Below are positions 37,232-46,357 of a DNA stretch of 64,000 nucleotides, piece by piece. Position 1 is the stretch's first letter. The number at the start of each line of letters is the position of its first letter. Origin of the DNA: a virus; IMG/VR virus record IMGVR_UViG_3300029319_009305, positions 43,886 through 107,885 of that record; one strand, 5' to 3'. Below the pieces are notes generated by a model. The model was not told where the DNA came from and did no database searches. It saw only the letters and a list, made by a program, of their open reading frames with translations. The position numbers were made by a program, and so were the translations under genes.

Positions 37232-37813
37232 TTGAAAAGGATAATTGCAATAATCCCTGCCAGGGGTGGGTCAAAAAGACTCAAGAGAAAAAATATACAT
37301 CCAGTTTGTGGAAAACCAATGATTTATTGGGCTATGAATGCTTGCAAAGAATCAAAGTATGAAATAGATGTTTGGGTAAGTACAGAAGATGACGAAATAG
37401 CAGAAGTTGCTCTCTTTTACGGAGGAAAAGTGCACAATCGCCCAAAACATCTATCTGGCGATAAGATTTATAAGCAAGAAGCAATTAGAAGTGCTGCCCA
37501 ACACATTTTTGATTATGAGGATAGATTAACAGGGAAACATCCTGATATAATAATTTCTCTACAGGCTAATTCTCCAACAATTAAGTCTAAAGATATAGAT
37601 GGGGCAATTGATCTCTTAATTAAATATAACAGAGATGAGATTATAAGCGTAGATAACAATTTAATGCAGAACGCTGCGTTTAGAATTTTTAAAGGCAACT
37701 ATGTTTTTCAAAAAGATTTAAGCACAAACTGTGGGGTTTATGTCGCTGACATTCATGATGTGCACACAATTGATGACATTAAGATTGTCGAAGGTGTTAT
37801 GAATGACAACTAA
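37232..37813 (+). CDS. acylneuraminate cytidylyltransferase family (NeuA/PseF-like)
   Basis: IIPARGGSKRLKRKN, GKPMI, VSTEDDEI. Confidence 0.85.
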   Translation: MKRIIAIIPARGGSKRLKRKNIHPVCGKPMIYWAMNACKESKYEIDVWVSTEDDEIAEVALFYGGKVHNRPKHLSGDKIYKQEAIRSAAQHIFDYEDRLTGKHPDIIISLQANSPTIKSKDIDGAIDLLIKYNRDEIISVDNNLMQNAAFRIFKGNYVFQKDLSTNCGVYVADIHDVHTIDDIKIVEGVMNDN

Positions 37814-38759
37814 TTGGAGAGAAGCGTATTTATACCCGCCCGATAGAATGATTGTTCAATTAACAAACATATGTAATGCTAATTGCACTTTTTGTGCATA
37901 TCAGTATCTAGAAGATCCGAAATCTTTTATGAAGGACGAACATTTTTACACAGTTGTTGATCAGTACCATTCAATAGGCGGCGAGTTTTTAGATATGACT
38001 CCACTCGTTGGAGACTTGCTAATTGATCCTAAAGTTTTTGAAAGACTAAATTATGTAACTAGTGGTAATAAATTTAAAAAAGTTAGATTTTTTACAAATG
38101 GAATACTTTTAAATAGAAAAGGTTACGTAGAGAAATTAATAGATGCAAAACCAACGCATGTAACCTTCAGCGTCCCAGGGTTTGAAAAGAATTTATATGA
38201 ACGGGTTTATAGGAGTAAAGCTTATAACGCAATGCTGAAAGGGGTCAGTAAGTTTCTAAAAATAAATTATGAATTAGGGCACCCTATTGATGCATCATTT
38301 GCTTTAAAACCTGACATGTCTGACGAAGAAGCGGTGTACACGGAAGATTTTAAAAAATACATTCAACCCTACATAGGAGAAGACAGTCTACATTTCGTAA
38401 GGGATTTAGATAACTGGGGAGGTTCAATCAAACAAAAAGACCTGACAGGTAACATGAGATTGATTGAACCAATTCCGCCTAGTAAAAAAAGATACCCGTG
38501 TTATTTTACTTTTTTCCTAGCAATAATGGTTGATGGTTCAGTTAGATTGTGTGGTTGTAGGTTTAATAACGGAACTGAGTACGATGAATTGGTTGTAGGT
38601 CACATTAATGATCAAAGTCTTCTAGAAATATGGCAAAGTGAAAAAGTCAGTAAAATAAGAGAAGATTTTCTGAAAGAAAAATTAATTTCAGTTTGTCAGA
38701 CTTGTACTCATTATGCTCCCTATTCTGGTAAAGAAAGGGCTATTAATAAAATTATTTAA
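37803..38759 (+). CDS. radical SAM / SPASM-domain protein
   Basis: CNANCTFC; C-terminal C...DGSVRLC...G...CQTC. Confidence 0.85.
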   Translation: MTTNWREAYLYPPDRMIVQLTNICNANCTFCAYQYLEDPKSFMKDEHFYTVVDQYHSIGGEFLDMTPLVGDLLIDPKVFERLNYVTSGNKFKKVRFFTNGILLNRKGYVEKLIDAKPTHVTFSVPGFEKNLYERVYRSKAYNAMLKGVSKFLKINYELGHPIDASFALKPDMSDEEAVYTEDFKKYIQPYIGEDSLHFVRDLDNWGGSIKQKDLTGNMRLIEPIPPSKKRYPCYFTFFLAIMVDGSVRLCGCRFNNGTEYDELVVGHINDQSLLEIWQSEKVSKIREDFLKEKLISVCQTCTHYAPYSGKERAINKII

Positions 38760-38764
38760 TTTTG

Positions 38765-38794
38765 TTGTATTGTAATAAAATTTTTTGGTATAAT
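38765..38794 (+). promoter_or_regulatory. sigma70-like promoter TTGTAT-N18-TATAAT with extended -10 TG
   Basis: Direct reading; SD AGGAG follows. Confidence 0.55.
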
Positions 38795-38817
38795 ACAATA
38801 AAATAGGAGAAGTTAAA

Positions 38818-39534
38818 ATGGTATACATTATTAGTGAACTGTGCGGACAATGGGGAGGCTCTATAAGGCGAGCTGAACAAATGATTTTACAGTCTAAACT
38901 AGCAGGTGCAGATGCTGTTAAAGTGCAGCTGTACGATACATACAGAATGCCTGGAGAAAATAGAGCCAGATGGGAATATCTGAATATTGATGAAGATACT
39001 TTTCTAAGATTAAGAGACTTCAGCTGGAATTTAAATCTAGATTTTTTTGCATCAGCATTTCACGAAGACATGTATCAACGACTAAAAATTGCTGATCTTA
39101 ACATTAATAAGGTTGCTAGTATAGGGCTTACTGATCAATTCAAAGATCTATCTGATCAAATGATAAAAGACAAACAGTTTACTAGGAACTACATCTCTTT
39201 GGGTCAGTGGAAAGAAAATGATTTACCGTATAGCCACGAAGGTGATAGAAACGTTTATTTTCATTGTGTACCAGAATATCCACACAGTTATGATAGAGCA
39301 ATTGAATTAATGCCTGATAATTTTTCCAAAGACTATATTCATGGGTATAGTGATCATTCTATAGGGGTTGATGCATGTAAAGAGGCAATTAGGCGAGGAG
39401 CAATGTATATAGAAAAGCATTACACCATAAGCCAAACTTTACAATCAAAGACAGAAGCTGCCCACCTTTGCTCGATGGATATGAAACAATTGGAAGATCT
39501 TCGCAATTTTTGTGAGGTGTATCAAAGTGCTTAG
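38818..39534 (+). CDS. NeuB-family PEP-dependent ulosonic acid synthase lacking the SAF domain
   Basis: IISE, AGADAVKVQ, KVAS, HCVPEYP, GYSDHS, IEKHYT. Confidence 0.82.
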   Translation: MVYIISELCGQWGGSIRRAEQMILQSKLAGADAVKVQLYDTYRMPGENRARWEYLNIDEDTFLRLRDFSWNLNLDFFASAFHEDMYQRLKIADLNINKVASIGLTDQFKDLSDQMIKDKQFTRNYISLGQWKENDLPYSHEGDRNVYFHCVPEYPHSYDRAIELMPDNFSKDYIHGYSDHSIGVDACKEAIRRGAMYIEKHYTISQTLQSKTEAAHLCSMDMKQLEDLRNFCEVYQSA

Positions 39535-40327
39535 AAAGACGCCCACAATTGTTATTACAGTCAAGAATAGACTGGAACATTTTTTAAAAACTTTTCCATT
39601 TAATGTAACGCAAGTAGGGATTGACTATAGGCTTGTTTACGTTGATTACGACTCAGAAGATAACTTTAGCGAACATCTAATTAAAGAGATCGAAAATAAA
39701 AAGGATATATTTTCTAGAAACTTATTAGAAATACGCTTGGTGAAATTAAATAAAAAAGCAAGATATGACATTAGAAGAGCAAAAAATTTAGGAGCATACT
39801 ATGCTTCACGTTATTCTTCAATTCTTTTAATAAGCGATGCTGATACAATGCTTGGGATGGACTACACTAAAAAGTGGTGTAGCTACATCACTCCTGGAGA
39901 AACTTTTGTCACAAATAGAATTCAAGAATCAATGGCTCAATTACCAAGGCGTATAAAACAAGAAGTTAATTATGGAAATATTATTGTCGCAACTCAAGAT
40001 TTTGATTCTGTTTTAGGGTACGACGAAACTAATGTTGGGTGGGGTGGAGATGATGATGATTTATTTCACAGATTAAAACTAGCGGGACTAAGAGAGATTA
40101 ACCCATACAGCTTTGATGATGCTAGCCAATATTCAATAATGCATAGTGATGAATTGCGATTTAAAGACACAGAGAATCCGAACATGGAAAGACCAGATAG
40201 TGCCGAAACAGCTAAGGCATTTAAAAAGATATATAGCAACAAAAGTAATATATTAAGTCTTAAATACGATTATTTTAGTCCTATAGTTCAAAATTTTTCA
40301 AAAGAGAGGGTGTTGTATGAAAATTAG
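39527..40327 (+). CDS. GT2/GT7-like glycosyltransferase
   Basis: KNR, VDYDS, SDAD, GYDE...WGGDDDD. Confidence 0.8.
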   Translation: MLRKTPTIVITVKNRLEHFLKTFPFNVTQVGIDYRLVYVDYDSEDNFSEHLIKEIENKKDIFSRNLLEIRLVKLNKKARYDIRRAKNLGAYYASRYSSILLISDADTMLGMDYTKKWCSYITPGETFVTNRIQESMAQLPRRIKQEVNYGNIIVATQDFDSVLGYDETNVGWGGDDDDLFHRLKLAGLREINPYSFDDASQYSIMHSDELRFKDTENPNMERPDSAETAKAFKKIYSNKSNILSLKYDYFSPIVQNFSKERVLYEN

Positions 40328-40940
40328 TCCTGATGTTTCAATTATTATTACAAATTACAATTATGGCAAATACATTCAAAGATGCTTGCGTAGCTGCATT
40401 AATCAAAAAAATGTAAATCATGAAATTATTTTAGTTGATGATTGTTCAACTGATGATTCTATTGAAATGATAAAGCCTTTTAAGAATGATATTACATTCA
40501 TTCAGACAGAAAAAAATTCTGGTGTTGCAGTTGCATCAAATCTAGGAATAAAAAACGCTAGAGGACAATTTGTAATTAGAGTTGATGCTGACGATTATGT
40601 AAGCTCAGATATGTGTTATTTTATGCAGACATACTTAGAGACAAATCATGATGCTTTTTGTGTGAGTTGTGACTACGTTTTGGTTGATAATTATGAAAAT
40701 ATTATTGAAAGAAAATATGCGAGTAAAGAAAACATATCTTGCGCTATCATGTACAGAAAAGACTTGTTGTTAGAGCTTGGAGCTTATAACGAGAATTTTA
40801 GGCATAGAGAAGAAGAAGAGTTGAGAAAGCGTCTAGGTGATTATTATACGATTCATCATTTAAACATTCCTTTTTATCGTTATAGAATGCATAATACAAA
40901 TAAAACAAAATCAAAAGAGTATAAAGAATTAAAGGTTTAA
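40317..40940 (+). CDS. GT2 glycosyltransferase
   Basis: ITNYNYGKYI, VDDCSTD, RVDADD. Confidence 0.88.
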   Translation: MKISPDVSIIITNYNYGKYIQRCLRSCINQKNVNHEIILVDDCSTDDSIEMIKPFKNDITFIQTEKNSGVAVASNLGIKNARGQFVIRVDADDYVSSDMCYFMQTYLETNHDAFCVSCDYVLVDNYENIIERKYASKENISCAIMYRKDLLLELGAYNENFRHREEEELRKRLGDYYTIHHLNIPFYRYRMHNTNKTKSKEYKELKV

Positions 40941-40941
40941 T

Positions 40942-41661
40942 GTGGATACTAGATTAATTAAGAATAAAAACTATTATGATTTAAATAGTCGTGAAGATTA
41001 TCAAAGATATCAAGTCAAACAAAAGGAAATGTGGAAGACTAAATGGTATAAAACTCGAGCTCCTTTTGAGTATCTTCTTATAACGCAAATGGTCAAAATA
41101 AAAGTTGATAAAAGTAGACAGTTAGAAATGATATGTTTGGGAGCGAGAAATAATTTCGAGAGAGATGCTTTCAAATCATTTTTTACTACAATAGGTCATA
41201 ATATTAATGTTTATTCCCTAGATATAGCAGATGATGCTGATGTCGACTATTATTATGATTTTGAAAAACTACCTGAACATTGGGAGGATAGGTTTGATAT
41301 TATATACACAAATGCTGCTGATCATTCTTTTGACTTTCATAAATGTTTAAAAGAATGGAGTAGGATATTAAAAGATGATGGATTGCTTATTTTAGGGATA
41401 GCTGATCAAGATATGCTCGATGATGAAATTGAAGGAGAACAGCTAGAAGTGACTGGAGTTACGGATCCTGGCCCTCATGGCTGCACTATTTTTGACAAAA
41501 AATCAGTTGACTTAATGTGCTCTGAGTATTTCAATTCTGTCAACTTTGTTAAAAGTAAAAAGCATATCATAGAAATGGGTGGTGAGATTCACGAATATCA
41601 TTTACAATACAATTACTGGTTTTGTGTTAAGAAAAAAAATAAAATCAGGAGTAAAAAATGA
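40942..41661 (+). CDS. class I SAM methyltransferase
   Basis: ICLGAR, FDIIYTNAADH, RILKDDG. Confidence 0.7.
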   Translation: MDTRLIKNKNYYDLNSREDYQRYQVKQKEMWKTKWYKTRAPFEYLLITQMVKIKVDKSRQLEMICLGARNNFERDAFKSFFTTIGHNINVYSLDIADDADVDYYYDFEKLPEHWEDRFDIIYTNAADHSFDFHKCLKEWSRILKDDGLLILGIADQDMLDDEIEGEQLEVTGVTDPGPHGCTIFDKKSVDLMCSEYFNSVNFVKSKKHIIEMGGEIHEYHLQYNYWFCVKKKNKIRSKK

Positions 41662-42512
41662 ATATAGGAATTATAGGAAACGGTTTTGTAGGGTCAGCAA
41701 TTATGCATGGTTTTGTCCTACATGCAAACGATATTATGATTTATGACAAAGATCCAAAAAGATCTACACACTCAATGGAAATTTTGGTAAATAAGTCAGA
41801 TGTAATTTTTGTGTGTGTTCCAACACCAATGTTCGAGTCAGGAGAATGCGATCTCTCAATTGTTAAAGATGTTGTAAATGAACTGGCGCAGTATGAATGC
41901 ATGAAAAGCAAAGTAATTGTTATTAAATCAACTGTAGTTCCAGGCACTACTGAAAATTTAGCAGCTAACTATCCTGAATTAAATTTTGTTTTTAATCCAG
42001 AGTTCTTGACAGAAAGAAAAGCAAGGTTGGACTTTATTAACACTTCAAGAATTGTATTGGGAAGCAACAATCCATTAGCAAGTGATATTGTTGAAAAGCT
42101 TTATCGATTAAGGTTTCCATTCACAAAAATAATTAAGACAGACTTTGGCACAGCCCAGCTTATAAAATATATGGCAAATTGTTTTTTTGCAACAAAGGTG
42201 TCATTTATGAACGAAATGTATCAAGTTTGTGAAGCAATTAATGGAGACTGGGAAAAAGCGTTGGAAGGTTTTATAACAGATGGGCGCATTGGTAATTCTC
42301 ATATTGATGTACCAGGCCATGATGGTGACTTTGGATTTGGAGGCAAGTGTTTTCCAAAAGACTTAAATGCGATGATCAAGCGCGCAGAAGCACTAGGTGT
42401 CTCACCTGACGTTATGAAAGGCGCTTGGGAAAAGAACAAGGAAGTTAGAAGTGACCTAGACTGGTACGATATCCCTGGAGCAATAAGTGTCAGAAAACCA
42501 GTTAAAAAATAA
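41658..42512 (+). CDS. ugd: UDP-glucose/GDP-mannose 6-dehydrogenase family, short form
   Basis: GNGFVG, CVPTP, KSTVVPG, NPEFL, GFGGKCFPKD. Confidence 0.88.
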   Translation: MNIGIIGNGFVGSAIMHGFVLHANDIMIYDKDPKRSTHSMEILVNKSDVIFVCVPTPMFESGECDLSIVKDVVNELAQYECMKSKVIVIKSTVVPGTTENLAANYPELNFVFNPEFLTERKARLDFINTSRIVLGSNNPLASDIVEKLYRLRFPFTKIIKTDFGTAQLIKYMANCFFATKVSFMNEMYQVCEAINGDWEKALEGFITDGRIGNSHIDVPGHDGDFGFGGKCFPKDLNAMIKRAEALGVSPDVMKGAWEKNKEVRSDLDWYDIPGAISVRKPVKK

Positions 42513-43404
42513 AAAAATAAAATCTATAGTAACAGGGGGTTGCGGCTTTATCGGTAGTCATATAGTTGACAAACTAATAGAACTAGGACACGAAGTTAGG
42601 GTTATCGACGATCTGTCAGCACAAGAAAACGAGGAGTTTTATTACAATGAAGATGCGATATATAGCAAAAAAGATATATCTAAAGATGATTGCAGTAATA
42701 TTTTTAATAGCGTTGACTATGTTTTTCACCTTGCTGCCCGCAGTCGGATTCAGCCTACTATTGGGTCTCCTAACGAATGCTTTGAGGTTAATGTTGTAGG
42801 TACACAGAGGGTTCTGGAGTGGTCTAGAATGCACTCTGTTAAAAAAGTCATATATTCAGGTACGTCTTCTCTTTACGGCCGCCAGAATCCAATTCCGTTT
42901 CAACCAAACATGCCCACACACTGTTTGAACCCATATTCGATGTCAAAATGGATGGGGGAGCAAATTTGTAAGTTATATTTTCAGTTATATAATTTGGATA
43001 GCATTATTTTAAGATATTTTAACGTATATGGACCTAGAGAGCCTATCAAGGGAAATTATGCTCCGGTTGTCGGTCTTTTTAAAAGATGTGTGGCAGAAGG
43101 AAAACGTATGCCCGTAGTAGGCGACGGTTTACAGCGAAGAGACTTTACATATATTGATGATGTTGTTGACGCAAATATTTGTGCAATGAACTCAAAAATT
43201 CAACACAACATTTACAATGTAGGGACAGGTAAAAACTATGCAATTATAGAAATTGCAGACATGATTAAAAATAGTTACGGGATTGAACACATAGATGAAA
43301 GACCCGCAGAAGTTAAGGAGACTTTAGCAGATATAAGTAAGACTATTGAAGATTTGCACTGGCAACCAAAACACAAACTAGAGGATAAAATTAATGCATA
43401 CTAA
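42487..43404 (+). CDS. NAD-dependent nucleotide-sugar epimerase/dehydratase
   Basis: GGCGFIGSH, HLAA, YSMSK, RYFNVYGP, RDFTY. Confidence 0.88.
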   Translation: MSENQLKNKKIKSIVTGGCGFIGSHIVDKLIELGHEVRVIDDLSAQENEEFYYNEDAIYSKKDISKDDCSNIFNSVDYVFHLAARSRIQPTIGSPNECFEVNVVGTQRVLEWSRMHSVKKVIYSGTSSLYGRQNPIPFQPNMPTHCLNPYSMSKWMGEQICKLYFQLYNLDSIILRYFNVYGPREPIKGNYAPVVGLFKRCVAEGKRMPVVGDGLQRRDFTYIDDVVDANICAMNSKIQHNIYNVGTGKNYAIIEIADMIKNSYGIEHIDERPAEVKETLADISKTIEDLHWQPKHKLEDKINAY

Positions 43405-43858
43405 GGATGAGTGGCCATTAAGAAAAATGTTAAAAATTGGTTTAGTCGCAGGTAATTTTGACGTAATCCATCCCGGGTATGTAAAAATGTTTCAAGATGC
43501 AAAAGAAAATGCGTGCAATTACTTGATTGTAGCTCTTCAAAGTGATCCAACCATCGATAGACCAGAAAAAAGCAAACCAGTCCAGACAATAGCTGAAAGA
43601 GAATATATTCTTTCATCAATAAGATACGTTGATGAAATACTTCACTATGATACAGAAATTGAATTACTTAATATTTTAAAGAACCATGATTACGACATAA
43701 GAATATTAGGATCTGATTACGATATTCCTGGAAAGAAATATACCGGTTCTGATCTTAACAAGCCTATTTATTTTCATAAAAGAGATCATGATTATTCAGC
43801 AACTGATCTCAAAACAAGAATAGCATTGCAAGTAATGAAGGAAAGAGATGGCAGATAG
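43394..43858 (+). CDS. cytidylyltransferase (TagD-like)
   Basis: GNFDVIHPGY, KPVQ...ER, GSDY, YSAT. Confidence 0.82.
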   Translation: MHTKDEWPLRKMLKIGLVAGNFDVIHPGYVKMFQDAKENACNYLIVALQSDPTIDRPEKSKPVQTIAEREYILSSIRYVDEILHYDTEIELLNILKNHDYDIRILGSDYDIPGKKYTGSDLNKPIYFHKRDHDYSATDLKTRIALQVMKERDGR

Positions 43859-44108
43859 AAATGATATGTATCCAGATAATGTGGGTGGTGTCGTCACAAT
43901 AAAAGGAAAAAAATATTCATTTTATGTTGACAGAGAATGCATTCTCTGTTCAGTGTGTACTGACGCTGCACCCAATAATTTTTGTATCAGTGATGATGAA
44001 GATCATGATATATGCTATAAACAGCCAGAAAATGAAAATGAGTTAGAAGAATGCTTGGAGGCAATGGAGAATTGCCCTGTAGAAGCAATTGGCGATGATG
44101 GCTTATAA
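43848..44108 (+). CDS. ferredoxin (single Fe-S cluster type)
   Basis: CILCSVC...CPVEAI. Confidence 0.88.
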   Translation: MADRNDMYPDNVGGVVTIKGKKYSFYVDRECILCSVCTDAAPNNFCISDDEDHDICYKQPENENELEECLEAMENCPVEAIGDDGL

Positions 44109-44185
44109 TATCTAATATTATTATAATTGCTTATAATAGAGATAAAATTATTATTCTTTGAATATAATGATTACGAGGAGATATA

Positions 44186-45031
44186 ATGGAGCAAAAACTA
44201 TTACCAACTGGAAAACCACACGTATCATTTTCAGAAGTTAGAATATGGAAAGAGTGCGGTTGGAAACATAAATTAACATACATTGACAAGCTAGCGCCTT
44301 TTGAAACATCAGTGCATCTTGAGTACGGGACTATTATTCATGACGCACTTGAACACTTTTTAAAAACTAGGGAATTAAAAATTGAAGAAACAAAGGAGAA
44401 AATAAAGGCTGCATGGGAAGAACACCAATTTGATGTAGAAGATAACATTAGTAAGCTGACGTTGTTGGCAGAGACACAAGGGTGGAAATATAGGCATAAT
44501 TACCTTAGCGACTGGTTAACATGGTCAGAAAATACTCTGGGCGACATAACAGAATTTATGGAAACAAACTATCCTGACTGGGAGTTTGTTTCTGCAGAAG
44601 AAAAGTTATATGAAGAAATTAAAGATTCTACTTATTTCAAGGGTTTTATCGACGGAATTATTAAATATAAAAAAGGTAGAAAAGACAAGTATGTCATTAT
44701 TGATTGGAAAACAGCAGGGCCTAGAGGGTGGATGCGTGATAAGAAGCAAGACATTAAGACCACAGCACAGTTAACCCTTTACAAATATTATTGGGGAGCA
44801 AAAAATAACATAAGTTACAGAGATATTGCGTGTCACTTTGTACTTCTTAAAAGACAATCTAAGCCTGGAAAAATTTGTCAAATTGTTGAAGTAAGTGCAG
44901 GAGACAAAAGCATGGTAAAAGCTAATAAGATGGTTAACAATATGTTGTCTTCCGTTCGCAAAGGAATGTTCCTCAAAAATAGAAATAGCTGTAAATTTTG
45001 TCCTTTTTTGAACACAGAGCTGTGTAAGTAA
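44186..45031 (+). CDS. PD-(D/E)XK nuclease, Cas4/AddB-like
   Basis: SFSE...C, GTIIH, E, GFIDG, IDWKT, QLTLY, CKFC...C. Confidence 0.85.
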   Translation: MEQKLLPTGKPHVSFSEVRIWKECGWKHKLTYIDKLAPFETSVHLEYGTIIHDALEHFLKTRELKIEETKEKIKAAWEEHQFDVEDNISKLTLLAETQGWKYRHNYLSDWLTWSENTLGDITEFMETNYPDWEFVSAEEKLYEEIKDSTYFKGFIDGIIKYKKGRKDKYVIIDWKTAGPRGWMRDKKQDIKTTAQLTLYKYYWGAKNNISYRDIACHFVLLKRQSKPGKICQIVEVSAGDKSMVKANKMVNNMLSSVRKGMFLKNRNSCKFCPFLNTELCK

Positions 45032-45060
45032 TTTACTTTTTTTGCATTTAATAGTAGAAT
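45032..45060 (+). promoter_or_regulatory. sigma70-like promoter TTTACT-N17-TAGAAT
   Basis: Direct reading. Confidence 0.45.
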
Positions 45061-45085
45061 AAATTTATTCTGCTGAGGTTTGCAA

Positions 45086-46342
45086 ATGAAAGAAGAAAAA
45101 AAGAAACTGAAGGTTTTGATATTATCTGATCACGCTCTATCTACAAGTGGAGTAGGAACACAAACTAGACACCTAGTGACAGGATTGTTAGAAAAAGATA
45201 CATGGACGTTTAGGCAGTTTGGAGCTGCTCTGAAACACACAGATTATAGAACAGTTGTTGTCAATGATGATTTTATTATTAAGCCTATTGATGGATTTGG
45301 TAATCCTGACTTAATAAGGGTGACTTTAGCCACAGAAAAACCCGACGTTCTGTTTATTTTTACAGATCCTAGATTTTTCATATGGCTTTTTGAAATGGAA
45401 GATGAAATACATCAAATTTGTCCAATTGTTTGGTGGCATGTTTGGGATAATTATCCATACCCACAATTTAATGATGTCCTATATCAGTCAACCGATTTAA
45501 TAAATTGCCATTCTCATTTAACTTATACAATGCTGAAGGAGCGATATCCAGATAAAACAAATTTTATTCCTCATGCTTTACCTGCTGAAATGTTTAAAAC
45601 TTTACCAAAGAAAGACTTGATTGAAAGTAAAAAGCAACTATTAGGTGAAAGCAGGCTTGATCATTTTGTAGGAGTATGGGTCAATAGAAATGCAAAAAGA
45701 AAAAGACCGAGTGATGTTCTTCATTCTTGGAAAATATTTTTGGATAATTTAGAAAAAAAGCATGGTCACAGGAAAGCAACCTTGATAATGCACACAGAAC
45801 CTACTGACAAAGAAGGACCTAATCTATATAAGGTTTCGGAAATGCTAGGTATTCAAAACAATGTTTTCTTTTCTCGGGAAAGGTTAGAATTTGAAGCAAT
45901 GAACATTATTTACGGAATATCAGACTTCTGCATTAATATTTCCTATGCAGAAGGCTTTGGTTTAGGAACTTTAGAAGCCATGATGACTGGTACTCCAATT
46001 ATTGCTGCAAAAACAGGCGGGATGACTCGACAAGTTGTTGATCACCGTGATGGGACACAGAACGGAGTTGCACTAGATATTGCGACCAAGTCTCTTGTGG
46101 GCAGTCAGGCTGTACCTTATATCTATGAAGACTATGTTGACGTTGAAGATACTGCTGATGCGATAATGAAAATGTTTGAAATGAATGATTATGAAAGAGA
46201 AATGCTCTCAGATAAAGTCAAGAAGTACGCAACAACACAATTTTCATTGCAAAAAACCGTAGATGACTGGCACGATACAATGCTTGATACAGTAGAAAAT
46301 TGGAAATCAAATTATAAAAAATGGGAGTGTTATGAGCTTTAG
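45086..46342 (+). CDS. GT4 glycosyltransferase
   Basis: SD...SGVG, NRNAKRK, AEGFGLGTLEAMMTGTP. Confidence 0.85.
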   Translation: MKEEKKKLKVLILSDHALSTSGVGTQTRHLVTGLLEKDTWTFRQFGAALKHTDYRTVVVNDDFIIKPIDGFGNPDLIRVTLATEKPDVLFIFTDPRFFIWLFEMEDEIHQICPIVWWHVWDNYPYPQFNDVLYQSTDLINCHSHLTYTMLKERYPDKTNFIPHALPAEMFKTLPKKDLIESKKQLLGESRLDHFVGVWVNRNAKRKRPSDVLHSWKIFLDNLEKKHGHRKATLIMHTEPTDKEGPNLYKVSEMLGIQNNVFFSRERLEFEAMNIIYGISDFCINISYAEGFGLGTLEAMMTGTPIIAAKTGGMTRQVVDHRDGTQNGVALDIATKSLVGSQAVPYIYEDYVDVEDTADAIMKMFEMNDYEREMLSDKVKKYATTQFSLQKTVDDWHDTMLDTVENWKSNYKKWECYEL

Positions 46343-46357
46343 AATGGAGATTATGAA

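Noticed and set aside
44186-45031. CRISPR-Cas system
   Set aside because: No repeat-spacer array or cas1/cas2 seen anywhere in the window
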